Shown: positions 35,801 to 47,519 of the stretch, piece after piece
Position numbering within the stretch: position 1 is the stretch's first letter
Layout: the number at the start of each line of letters is the position of its first letter
Assembly: GCF_036365525.1 (NCBI RefSeq)
Contig: NC_090393.1
Span: forward strand, 61,771,907 to 61,835,906
Length of the DNA stretch: 64,000 nt
Direction: 5' to 3'
Source: Heterodontus francisci
Taxonomy: Eukaryota
Notes under the pieces: generated by a model
What the model was told of the DNA's origin: nothing
The model's database searches: none
Seen by the model: only the letters and a program-made list of their open reading frames with translations
Made by a program: the position numbers and the translations under genes

Positions 35801-38119
35801 CCTGGAATGGGCAGACCCCTCCGGTCTTGACCAGGTGTATCTATGCTGTGCTCCGTCTGCAGGTTTGCTGAAGATATCGTGCAGCTTGGCATCTTTTACT
35901 GTTTCCATTAGGAATCTGGACGTAGCGTCCAGTTTGCTGTCGCCACTGCCGGATCGTCCAGCTGCATCAATGATGCAGTTAAAGTCACCGCCTAGGATGA
36001 CCGGCCTGGGCGTCGCCAGCAGCAGAGGCAGCTGCTGGAAGACGGTCAGCTGTTCGCTGTATTGGACTGGGGTGTACACATTGATTAACTGGAGTGGAGC
36101 ATTGTTGTACATTACATCTGCTACAAGGACGCAACCGCCCACCTGCTCCTTAACTTCGGAGATGGTGAAGTTGCCTCCCGCAGCAGAATACCCAGGCCAG
36201 AGGAATGGGAATCATTACCCCCTGACCAGATCGATGGCCCATGGGACCACCATCGCAACCACTGCCTGTAAGTGCTGAGGTGTGGTATTTCACGCTGCTG
36301 CAGAAACAGTAGGTTGGCTTTGACCTTGACCAGGTAGCACTAGGTCGTGGATTTAACACTACGCATGTTAATAGAAACAATTGTTATACTCATTTAAAAC
36401 TGGATGTTGCTTACACACCAGGTGTCCTGACTAGTCCCAGTCCTTGGCTATGTTCCTGCATACCCATTGTGTGCACAAGCTTTTGCACATGTGTTGGGCT
36501 CAGAAAAACCTTCTGGTCACTCACGGGGGGTTTGTTCCACTGGGGTGACATCAGCTGGGGTCTTGTAGACAGCTAGGTTTGGGCTGTCCTCTGCTGGTGG
36601 TGTCTTCCTCCTCGAGGACGTTTCTGCTTTTGGCTTTCCGGAGCTGGAGTGCACTGGAAGATTTGCTTCTCTCGGTCTCCCGGAGCTGGGGTGTGCTGGG
36701 CATCTTGCTGGGTTCAGCGCTTTGGGGTTGGGGGATGCTGGGCCCATCGCTGCTTCCAGTGCCCCAGAGTTGGGGGGGGCTTTCTCTTCTAGCAGCTTTG
36801 CATTCTGCCGCTTCTTTTGCATGTGCCTTCTTTCTGGCCCTTCCTCGTCCGTTGAGGAGCAGCTGCCCTAGTCTGTCTCTGACGGTAGCCTCCTCTTACC
36901 ACTGGTTTGGGTGGTGACCTGTTCCTTTTTTGGGACTGCTTTTTTGTGGTTTTACTTTTGACCACTTTCCACTCATCTGAATGTCCCACTGCTGCCTCCT
37001 CCTCCATGGATTCTGTGTGTTGAAGAGTTGTTTCTGGGGGAAGGGGGTAGGTGTAAGGTCGCTGGTTGCAGCTGCCTTCCCTTTTCGCTCCTTCTCAGGA
37101 TTTTCCTCGCTGGGGGGAGGGTTGCTGGTCTCCTTCGCAGCACGAGGCGCTTTCACTGTTCCTTCCTCCAGCCATTCCCGTGACCTTGCCGTCTGTGCAT
37201 AATTGAGGCAGTGCTTGGGAGCAGGTCTTGTAGAGGTGGACTGCCCCACCACACAGGTTGCAGCATTTACTCTGCTTACAGTCCTTTTTGTGATGGTCTT
37301 CCTGCTTGCAGTTCTTGCAGATGACTGTGCTGCAGTTGGCTGCCACATGACCATATTTGCCACAGGTGCAACAAACTCTGGGCTGCCCAGTCTCGACCAA
37401 GAAGCCTTGACTTTCCCCGATAGCGAAGCTGGAGGGAGGATGGATGATGGCTCCGTTGGCATCGACCTTCAAAGTGATCTTGACCTGTCGCTTGCTGGTC
37501 CAAATCCCAAAGGGGTCCTTGACCTCGGTGCTGCTGCCGGCCACCTCGATGTACCTGGCGAGGAAGGTGAGTACATCGACGATAGGGACATGGGGGTTGC
37601 AGAGGTGGATTGTCACCACCCGGTTGCATCGCAATGGCAGCATGAAGAGCGGCTCCGCCATGAGGATCGACAGCGGCGCCTGGTTTCCTCTCTCCTTGAG
37701 CACCTTCAGGAACTTGATGCATCCCACCACATCGCATCGAAATATCCACTGCTGGGCAAGTCCTGCAGGCAGAAGATGTCTGCTGTTTGGAATCCACAGC
37801 ATTCGGTCAGGATTTTCTTCATTAAGAAGGTGTGGTCAATGGGTGCACCTGTTATCTTTCACCCTAATGGTGTTACACAGCCCCTGGCCTGGAGCTCTCG
37901 TGTTGGTTGCAGCCATTCTTTGCTTGAAGCTTTACTAGGACAAGTACTAAAACCCCAACCAACCGGAAAACAACAACCACAGTAGTTCTCCAATCCCAAA
38001 GGGCGAAATGCCAGAAAAACGGCGCAGAAACACCCTCCCCCCCCCCCCCCAAAAAAACCTGCAGGATGAAAGGCCACTGATCACGGTCTCTCCCCTGCCA
38101 GGTATCACACCATGTGTTC
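32817..38119 (-). mobile_element. Full-length but degenerate Tx1-clade (L1 group) non-LTR retrotransposon
   Basis: ORF1 from ATG 37916 has three CCHC knuckles. ORF2 from ATG 36393 (MSITIVSINMR) has APE (GGDFNC, SRIDF, SDH), RT (DQEKAFDRISH, LYMDDI) and a C-terminal CPR..EETVAHVLLEC. 3' end AATAAAGTATATTTTTTGGAAACAAAA. 16-bp TSD TCCAGCTCCCC(A/G)AAAA at 32801-32816 and 38120-38135. Many frameshifts. Confidence 0.92.
38068..38104 (-). ncRNA. U1 snRNA 5' fragment forming the head of the Tx1 insertion (not a functional U1 gene)
   Basis: Minus strand TACCTGGCAGGGGAGAGACCGTGATCA matches 25/27 of human U1 nt 6-32 as recalled, then GTGGCCTTTC resembles the 3' arm of stem-loop I. No Sm site or stem-loops II-IV. 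Confidence 0.7.
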
Positions 38120-38141
38120 TCCAGCTCCCCGAAAATGAGCA

Positions 38142-38154
38142 TGGGGACTGTAGT
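38142..38154 (-). promoter_or_regulatory. ZNF143/THAP11-type ACTAYRnnnCCCR motif upstream of CABIN1
   Basis: Minus strand reads ACTACAGTCCCCA, in unique sequence about 1.3 kb upstream of the CABIN1 start codon. Confidence 0.4.
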
Positions 38155-38509
38155 GCGCAATTAACCCGCTCCCGTTCCTTCTGTACATGCAGTGTGTTTA
38201 AATTCTGTTTTCGATGATCTGTGTGTGCAGCCAGCCAGGCTGACACTGTTCAGCAGGGGGAGGGGGCCCGCTCTCACAAGTGGCATGAATTGTTACTCAC
38301 CCCACACATTTGCCTGACCTGCTGCGTATTTCCAACATTTTCTTTCATTTTTATAAAATAAGGAATGTGCGTAACAGTACTGAGGAGAAACAGGAATATG
38401 GAATACTGAACACATGAGCAGAGAAATACTGAGTCGCCCCAACTTTACAAAACCTCCTTGACACCTTCCCCATTTCACAGCAAAACAGCTGGACAGTCCC
38501 TCAGATTCG

Positions 38510-39082
38510 GACTCCGCCCACTGGCGCCCCTGACTCCACCCACCGGGGTCCCGGACTCCGCCCATTGGTATCCCCGACTCCGCCCACCGGGGCCCCGGAC
38601 TCCGCCCATTGATATCCGTGACTCCGCCCACTGGCGCCCCTGACTCCACCCACCGGGGCCCCGGACTCCGCCCATTGATATCCGTGACTCCGCCCACTGG
38701 CGCCCCGACTCCGCCCACCGAGGCTCCGGACTCCGCCTACCGGGTGGGGGGGGCTCAGGACTCCGCCCACTGGTGCCCTGACTCCGCCCACCGGGGCTTC
38801 GGACTCCGCCCACCGAGGGCTCCGGACTCCGCCCACCGGGAGCTCCGGACTCCGCCCACCGGGGTTTCGGACTCCGCCTATCAGGGCTCCGGACTCCGCC
38901 CACCGGGGTTTCGGACTCCGCCTATCAGGGCTCCGGACTCCGCCCACCGGGGTTTCGGACTCCGCCTATCAGGGCTCCGGACTCCGCCCACCGGGGTTTC
39001 GGACTCCGCCTATCAGGGCTCCGGACTCCGCCCACCGGGGTTTCGGACTCCGCCTATCAGGGCTCCGGACTCCGCCCACTGG
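38510..39082. repeat. About 22-bp GC-box minisatellite (26 units) in the CABIN1 promoter
   Basis: Each unit starts GACTCC; 18 units carry GACTCCGCCCA (reverse TGGGCGGAGTC, an Sp1/KLF GC box). The 3' part is a 44-bp dimeric higher-order repeat. Confidence 0.95.
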
Positions 39083-39480
39083 AATGTCATTCAATGATTC
39101 GTTTCCTGGCTGGGAAAGGAGGCGTGAGAATGGATTGGTTGATTCTATTGAGCTCCAAGCCAATAGGAAGACGGGTTATAGTGGTGTGGGGGAGAAACCC
39201 TATGGTAACGGAGAAAGGGAGGGATGGGAGGCTGTGAGCTTGCACTCTGTATGGGATTGTTTTAAGTCTCCCTCCGTTTCCCTTGGATCTGCTTTGCGGC
39301 TCTGGCCTCCTGTACGAAGCGGATGCCAGCTGCCGCTTGTCCGTGCGGTTGTGGCGACCGGCTGTCTGCCCCAGCTTCCGTGTGTGTGAAGTTCGGAGCA
39401 CCTCTCCCCGTGGAGCAGAGCCCAGCAGCAGCGCAGGATGGTGAGTGAGGCCGGGGAATGCGGCTTTCCGACTCGGTGCG
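39083..39480 (+). promoter_or_regulatory. CABIN1 core promoter and CpG-rich first exon region
   Basis: ATTGG at about 39134 and CCAAT at about 39159; CpG-rich 5' UTR ending in ATG/GTGAGT. Confidence 0.65.
39438..39440 (+). CDS. CABIN1: CABIN1 coding exon 1 (ATG only)
   Basis: AGGATG followed by a perfect donor GTGAGT; the next exon begins IRIAALN in phase 0, as in human CABIN1 (M-IRIAALN). Confidence 0.75.
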
Positions 39481-40479
39481 GGACCTGGGCAGCTGAACTT
39501 TAACAATCCTCAGTGCTACAATGACCCTGAGCGGGCGAAGCTGTTGGGTAGGAGGTGCCAGCCCTTTGGGCTGAGCAGGACTATGGCACAGGGATCAGTA
39601 GCATTACAGGCCGCCAAGAGGCACATTTTACTGGTGGTTTGGTTTGATTTGATTTGATTTGATTTGAGAAGGCCATCTCCATGGACCACTTGCGGTGATG
39701 TGATGATAGTGCTCCTACAATGGAGTTGGGTCGGATTTTGACCCAGTGATGATGGAGAAAAGAGGGGAACTAAGGTGACGGTGTTCCCACAACATTGCTG
39801 CTTTGTCCTTGGTGCTCGAGGTTGCACTGCTGGAAATTACCGTTGAAGCAAGCTTGATCAGTTGTTGTATGTACCTTTTAGAGTGCACTTGCTGCAGACA
39901 TACTGCACTGGTAATGGAGGAGATAGGAAAATAGGAGTAGACCATTCAGCCCATCGAGCCTGCTCCACCTTTCAATATGATCATGGCTGATCATCCATCT
40001 CAATGCTTTTTTCCTCACACTATCCCCATATCCCTTTATGTCATTGAGATGTATAATGAATCTAGAAGCAGGGGTGATGATCCCTTGGATTGCTTTGTCC
40101 TGAATGGTGTCAAGCTTTTTGAGTGTTGCTGCTGCACCATCCAAGCAAGTGATGATTCAGACTCCTGACTTGAGCCCTGTGGATGGTGGAGAGGCTTTGA
40201 GAGGTTAGAATGTGGGTCACTTGTCACAGAATACCCAGTCTGTGTGCTGCTTTTGTGGGTGTTCTGTTGATTTGATTGGTCCAATTGAGCTTTTGATCAA
40301 TGGTGATGACCAAAATGACGGTGCTTATGCTGTTGAAGGCCAGGATAAGGTTATTTTTCGAGGTGATAATGGCTGTCCTGTAAACCCTGCTCCAGCCCAA
40401 TCCTGTTAAGTACTGAACACTGGATATATTCTGGTAACTGGCCTCTAGGTGACACCTTTACGAATGTTAAATAGCTTCC

Positions 40480-41940
40480 TCACCAGCTATTGCCAGGGCC
40501 ACTCAGCTCCTTACCTCATTACAGCCTTGGTTCAAGCATGGACAAAAGAGCTGAACCCCAGAGGTGAGGTAAGTGTGACTGCCCTTGGCATCTGGAATGC
40601 CCTGCCTGGGAGGGTGGTAGAGGCGGGTTGCCTCACATCCTTTTAAAAGTACCTGGATGAGCACTTGGCACGTCATATCATTCAAGGCTATGGGCCAAGT
40701 GCTGGCAAATGGGATTAGTTAGACAGGTCAGGTGTCTTTAATGCATCGGTGCAGACTCGATGGGCCGAAGGGCCTCTTCTGCACTGTATTATTCTGTGAT
40801 TAAGGCAGCATTTTACCGAGTATGGCATCAAGGAGCCCTAGCAAAACTGAGATCAATGGGAATCAGTGAGAAAACCATCCGCTGGCTGGAGTCATACTTA
40901 GTGCCAAGGATGATGGTTGTGGTTGTTGGAGGTCAATCATCTGAGCTCCAGGACATCACTGTAGGAGTTCCTCAGGGTAGTGTCCTAGGCCCAACCATCT
41001 TCAGCTGCTTCATCATTGACCTTCCTTCAATCATAAGGTCAGAAGTGGGGATGTTCGCTGATGATTGCATAATGTTCAGCATTATTCGTGACTCCTCAGA
41101 TACTGAAGCAGTCCTTGTAGAAATACAGCAAGACCTGGACAATATCCAGGCTTGGGCTGATAAGTGGCAAGTAACAGTCGCACCACACCAGTGCCAGGCA
41201 ATGACCATCTCCAACAAGAGAGAATCTAACCATCTCCCCTTGACATTCAACGGCATTACCATCGCTGAATCCCCCACTATCAACATCCTAGGGGCTACCA
41301 TTGACCAGAAACTGAACTGGAGTAGCCATATAAATAACATGGCTACAAGAGCAGGTCAGAGGCTAGGAATCCTGCGGCGAGTAACTCAATTCCTGACTCC
41401 CCAAAGCCTGTCCACCATCTACAAGGCACAAGTCAGGAGTGTGATGGAATACTCTCCACTTGCCTGGATGGGTGCAGCTCCAACAACACTCAACAAGCTC
41501 GACACCAACCAAGACAAAGCAGCCCGCTTGATTGGCACTCCATCCACAAACATTCACTCCCTCCACCACTGACGCACAGTGGCAGCAGTGTGTACCATCT
41601 ACAAAATAGACTGCAGCAATGCATCAAGTCTCCTTGGACAGCACCTTCCAAACCCGTGACCTTTGCCACTTAGAAGGCCAAGGGCAGCAGCTGCATGGGA
41701 ACACCACCACCTGCAAGTTCCCCTCCAAGTCACGCACCATCCTGACTTGGAACTATATCGCTGGGTCAAAATCCTGGAACTCCCTTCCTAAGAGCATTGT
41801 TGGTGTACCTACCCCACACGGACTGCAGCGGTTCAAGAAGGCAGTTCACCACCACCTTTTCGAGGGCAATAGGGATGGGCCATAAATGCTATCCTAACCA
41901 ACGATGCCCACATCCCATGAACGAATTAAAAAAAAATACA
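40480..41940 (+). mobile_element. Family B LINE RT fragment with a nested CR1 3' end at about 40590-40800
   Basis: ORF 40760-41572 has [17 protein letters not shown] and YKAQVRSVMEYS. The nested piece is nearly the reverse complement of 19880-20085. Confidence 0.9.
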
Positions 41941-42790
41941 ATGGACATTGCCTTTGGTGCAGTGGGAGAATCTAAGCAGGGCAGTTTGTGATGTGCTAGC
42001 CGCATTAATATTCTACAATTCCAAGCTCTTGCACTAACAAAAGAATGTGAGGAAAGCTGAAAGGAGAAATGGCTATATAATAACATTGGGAGATATGGAA
42101 AAGATTACAACAGAGAAGTTGGAGGTCAGAGGTGATGATGTTTTTGTACATTGGTTCATGAACAGAAGAGCCAACATAGTTATGTGAGAAGGAGTGGGAG
42201 ATGCAAACCAGAGTAGATGTTTACTAAAGGGAAAAGTTTAAAGAGTCTGTCACTATGTCATTACACTGGAAAGTTCAGGTCTGAGCAGCTAGTTATATTG
42301 CCTTTGGTAGAAGACTGGCACAAGTTACTTACTTGTACCCTAGGTTGATTTGTAGTATATGGTATGTGTTGAAGTTGTTGTATGTTGGAGATCTAGACTA
42401 TATTTTCCTCTTCTTTGATTTTAGTGATGAATTTAATATTGGTATAAAGTGGTGTTTTCTGTTTTACACTCTCAGAGTACATTGGCAACATGATTTTTGA
42501 GTGAGATTTCTTATCTGCAGCAGGTGTTTTGTGCATTGGAGCTGCAGTGTATTGACAGTGTTATTGAAATGGTTAATACATTCCCAAACAAGTGAGATGC
42601 TTTTTTGCTCAGTAACTTGCTCCTGCCTCTTTCATTCTATTCCCTGATGGTTGTACGAAGGATGAGTTGAGAATAGCATCACAATGCTGACAGGTTCTCG
42701 GACATTTACCTGTTCTGCATAAGCTTGTGCTCAATCTGGTTAATTGATTTTGCGATAGTCACTTGTCTTTTTAAAAATTTGTTTCACTAG

Positions 42791-42880
42791 ATCCGTATTG
42801 CAGCTTTAAATGACACGACAGTGGTGGAAGACTACGAGGAATCCTTCAAGAGCCACAAAACTCGAACAAAAGAGGCTCAG
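42791..42880 (+). CDS. CABIN1: Calcineurin-binding protein cabin-1, coding exon 2
   Basis: IRIAALNDTTVVEDYEESFKSHKTRTKEAQ, AG/GT bounded, 90 nt. Confidence 0.93.
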
Positions 42881-43154
42881 GTTTGTACCATTGTTTAACA
42901 TTGTGTATTGTGCCAATTGTAGCCCTACAGCTGAGAATAGCTAAATTAGCACAAACTGGGGACAGAATGCTGGGATCTTCCAGGCCATTGGGAGCCCTTT
43001 TATATGAAGGTGTCTGGTGATTACCTAATATTGTCCTGAAAAGCTTTTGTTTTACAGCTGAAGGTGTGTGATGCACACTAAGTGTGCTTATCGGAGTCTG
43101 CTGTCCTGATTCTAACCTAATATAATTTACCTAACTTATGTTTCCTCAATCTAG

Positions 43155-43268
43155 GAAGCTGAAGCATTTTCCCTATACCACAAAGCATTAGATCTCCAGA
43201 AACATGATCGCTATGAAGAATCTGCAAAGGCTTACCATGAACTCTTGAACACTCAGCTGCTGAAAGAG
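43155..43268 (+). CDS. CABIN1: CABIN1 coding exon 3 (TPR)
   Basis: [42 protein letters not shown] bounded, 114 nt. Confidence 0.95.
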
Positions 43269-43879
43269 GTGAGCATTGCAAGGACATGTAGGAAGCTGGA
43301 ATTTAAACCCATTTTGAGCCTATTGCAATGTATTTGCAGTTAATAGAAAATATTTAAGATCTATTTTGCAAGACTGGGTAAACAAAATTATGCCTCTATT
43401 GAATGCTGCACTTGAGTAAGCTTAAACAATTTATTAAGCCATGAATGAAAAATTCATTTTGTTCCTTTTGTAAGTGTTCTTTTTAGTAGTTACATGTGCA
43501 TTCTACAGAACCATTTTGTTCCATCATTCAAATGTTTCTTGCAGATCTTTGAGTGGAGTGATATATAATCAACCACAGATTGAGATTTGTTATTCTGTAG
43601 CAGTGTCAGAAGGTCCTCTGCTGTGAATTTATGCAAATGTATGTGCGCTTGCATTTGCAAAAATGGGACCTTGCCCAGAACAATTTCTTAATGTGCTATA
43701 TCCCAAATGGAACTAAAAGTCAGATACCAAATAATAGAATTAATGAATTAATTCCACTAGGTTTAAGTTGAATCTAAAGCTGTTTCACAAGTGAGTGGGT
43801 TAACATTTATAATCCAGGAACATAGAACAGTAAGACTAATTCCAGGTGTGAAGAGCATGAGCTTGGTGTAAAGATTAGT

Positions 43880-46190
43880 GGATAGGGTGCCAAACGAGCA
43901 GACTGCATTGTGCTGGATGATGCTGATCATCTTGAATAGTAATGCAGCTGCACTCATCCAGGCAAGTGGAAGAGTATTCCATCACACTCTTGACTTATGC
44001 TTTGCAGATAGTGGAGAGGCTCTGGGAAGTCAGGAAGTGAGCTGCACACTGCAGAAAACCCAGCCTCTGACCTGGTCATGGCACTTAATGTGGTTTCTGA
44101 TAAATGCTGATTCCTGCCCCAGGATGTTGATGGTGGGGGACTCGGCAATAGCAGTGCCATTGAATGACAGGAGGCTATGGTTAGGCTCAATGAGTTGGTC
44201 ATTGTCTGGCATTTGTTTGGTACAAATGTTACTTGCCATTTATCTGTCCCAGCCCAGAAGCTAACCAGGTCTTGCTGCATATAGATACAGACTACTTCAT
44301 TATCTGAGGAAATGGCCACTGTGCAATCATCAGCGAACCGTCCCTCTTCTGACATGGTGGATGGAAAGTCATTGATGAAGTAGCTGATGATAGTTGGGCT
44401 GAGGACACTACCCTGAGGAATTCCTGACACAGTGTCGTGTGCTGAGATGACTGGCCTCCAATAACCACAGCCATCCTTCTTTGTGTTAGGTATAACTCTA
44501 CCCAGGAGAGGTTTTCCCCGATTCCCATTGACTTCAGTTTTATTAGGGCTCTATGATGCCACACTTGGACAAATGCTGCCAACATTTTATCTATTTTTGC
44601 TGTAATGAGGTCTGGAGCGAAGTGGTACTGGTGGAACCAAATTGAGCACCGATGAGCAGTTTATTAGTGAGTAAATATGACTTGAAGGAGTCATGCATAC
44701 TGCTATCATCACTTTACTGTTGATTGAGAGTAGGCTGATGGGTGGCAATTGACCAGGTTGGATTGATCTTTTTGTGGGTAGTGCCTACTTGGGCAATTTT
44801 CCATATTGTTGCATATATGCCAGTGTTGTCGTACTGATACAACCTGCTTAGGGTTATGGCTAGTTCTGGAGCACAGGTCTTCAGTACTACACCTGGGATG
44901 TTCTTGAGACGTGTGGGCTTTGTGTCCAGTGTACTCAGTCGTTCCTTGATGTAACGTGGAGTAAATGAATTGGTTGAAGATTTGCATCTGTGGTGGGGGC
45001 TGAGGAGAAAACCAAGAAGGATCATTCAATCGGTTCTTCTGGCTGTAAATAGCTGAAAAGCTTCAGTCTTTTCTATTCTATTTGTGCTTGGCTGTGCCAT
45101 GGTTAAGGATGGGGATGTTAATGACACCTTTTTTCCTGTGAGTTGTCCACCACCACCATTCATGTCTGGTTGTGACAGGGTTTCAGAAGTTTGACCTGAT
45201 CTGTTGTGGGAATGCTTAGCTATGTCTGATATAGTGCTTTTTCTATTTAGCATGTATGTAGCCCTGCATTCCAGCTTCACCAGGTAGGTACTTCACCTTT
45301 TGCTCTTTCACACTCCTCATAGAGCCATGGTTAGTCATCTGACTTGGTGTTGATGGAGGTTTGAGGAAAAGCTGGGCCAAGAGTTTACAGATTGTAGTGA
45401 TATATAATTCTGTTGCTGATGGCTAACAGCATCTTGTGGGTTCCCAGTTTTGGGCTGTTAGGGTCTGTTCTTAGTATGTCTCATTTAGCATGGTGTTAGT
45501 GACATGACATGATGGAGGGTGTCCTTACTATATAAACTGGGACTGAATCTCCACTAGGACAGTGTGGTGGTCACTTCTACCAGTACTATCAAGGGCAGAT
45601 GCATGTGTGACAGGTGGATTGATGAGGACAAGGGCAAGTAGGGTTGTTCTGTCACCAGCTGCTACAACCCAGTCTGGCATTTGTGTCCTTCAGAACTTGG
45701 CCAGTTCAGTCAGTGGTGATACGACTGAGCAATGGACATTGAAATCTCCACCCAGAGTATGTTCTGAGTCCTGGCTACTCTTGGTACTACTTCCAGGTGG
45801 TGGTTAACAGGGAGGAATACTGATTCATCAGCAGAGAGAGGGCAGTAGGTAATAATCAGGAAGTTTCCTTGCTGATGTTTGAGCTGAGGCCTTGAGATTT
45901 CAAGTTCCAGAGACAATGTTGAGGACTCCTGGGCCACCTCCTCACCCCCTGACTATATCCACTGTGCCCCACCTCTGGTGGCTCTGTCCTACCAGTGGGA
46001 CAGGACATACCCAGGGTTAGTGATGGAGGAGTCTGGCACTTTAACTGATGGATATTATTCTGTAAGATATGACTATAATCAGGCTGTTGTTCGAGTCTGT
46101 AGGACAACACTCCCAACTTTGGCACCAGTCCCCAGATGTTAATAGGACTTTGCAAGGTTGATTGGGCTGGGTGTGTCTTTGTCGTGTCCT
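43880..46190 (-). mobile_element. Old family B LINE with APE and RT remnants
   Basis: SGIPQGSVLSP, RFADDCT, WKIAQV and N-terminal NIWGLVPKLGVLSYRL on the minus strand. Confidence 0.8.
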
Positions 46191-46499
46191 GATTTGATGT
46201 CTAGGTCACAGGAGAGTGATTGGTAGAGCTTTATTCTCATTTTTCTTTCTAGCAGTTTGATGCAACTGAGTGGTTAACTGAATTACTTAAGAGGGCAGTT
46301 AACTGTCAACCATGTTGATTTGGGACTACAGTCGCATATTGGCCAGATCCGGTAAATGCATCTGGTTTTCTTCCCTAAAGGACATTAGTGAGCTAGATGG
46401 GGTTTTATGACAATTTAACAGCTTCCTTGTCAGCATTACTGGGTATCTGCTTTTTACTTCCAGATTCTTTTTAAAGCTGAATTCAAATTCTCAAATTGC

Positions 46500-47375
46500 C
46501 ATAATAAAAACAGGAAAAGGCTGGAAATATTCAACAGGTCAGGCACAGCTGTGGAGAGAGAAATAGTTAATGTTTCGGTCTGTGACCTTACATTTCTAAC
46601 TTTTTCCAGTTCTGATGGAACAGGTTTTCAGCAAGTGAAAAGGGGGAGGTTGGGAAGAACAATAGAAAAGGTCTGTGATAGGGTGGAGGGCAGGAGAGAT
46701 TAAATGACAAAAGGTTTCTTGGTGTAAGGTTAAAGGGAGTGGCAGAGTGGGGCAAGTAAAGATACAAAAGATCTATCTAGAGGAGGTATGAATGACAGGA
46801 GAGCTGCCATCCAAATGCAAAGTAAAGGAAATAAGAGAGAAACAAGAAAAAACAAACCAGCAAAGAAACACAAAACAAAATTAACAAATCACTGTTTCAC
46901 CTGGAAGGAGTGTTTGGGGCCCTGGACGGTGGGAAGGGAGGAGGTAAAGGTGTAGTTGTTGCATCTCCTGTGCTTACATGGAAAGGTGCCATAGGAAAGG
47001 GTTGTTGGAGGTGACTGAGGAATGGACGAGGGTGTCGGAGAGGAATAGTTCCTTTGGAATGATGAAAGGGGAGGGGGAGATGTGTTTGGTGGGGGAAATG
47101 GCGGAGGATGAAATATTGAATACAGAGCCTGGTGGGGTGGAAGGTGAGGACAAGAAGAACCTTATTGTGGTTCTGGGAGAGTGGTGGGGGTGAGATCGGA
47201 AGTGCATGAAATAGCATGGAGTCGGTCGAGGGCCTGACAACCACGGTGGGGGAGAATCCTCAGTAGAGGAAAAAGGAAGCCGTTGGAAGCGCTAGTATGG
47301 AAGGTATCGTCTGAACAGATGCGATGGAGACAGAGAAACTGGGAGAATGGAATAGAGTCCGTTCCTTTTGTCAAA
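46500..47375 (-). mobile_element. Penelope-like element remnant
   Basis: DSIPFSQFLCLHRICSDDTFH and LVLTFHP, typical of the Penelope RT C-terminus/linker before GIY-YIG. Confidence 0.75.
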
Positions 47376-47519
47376 TTTGCCATGATGAGATTTCAACTTG
47401 TTTCCTGGATTATTAGTCCAGGCAATTGGATTATTAGTCCAGTAACATAACTACTCTACCATTCAGGACTGTTTTGGACAAGAAGTGCACAAGACCAAGG
47501 ATTTACTGTGTTATCCCCT

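Noticed and set aside
37095-37916. ZCCHC3-like host zinc-knuckle gene
   Set aside because: It is frameshifted, directly followed by an APE/RT ORF2 and enclosed by a TSD, so it is Tx1 ORF1.
38068-38104. Functional U1 snRNA gene
   Set aside because: Only about 37 nt, no Sm site, no recognisable PSE, and an altered 5' end.
38293-39163. GGRSPEP/DSAH-repeat ORFs
   Set aside because: Translations of the GC-box minisatellite.
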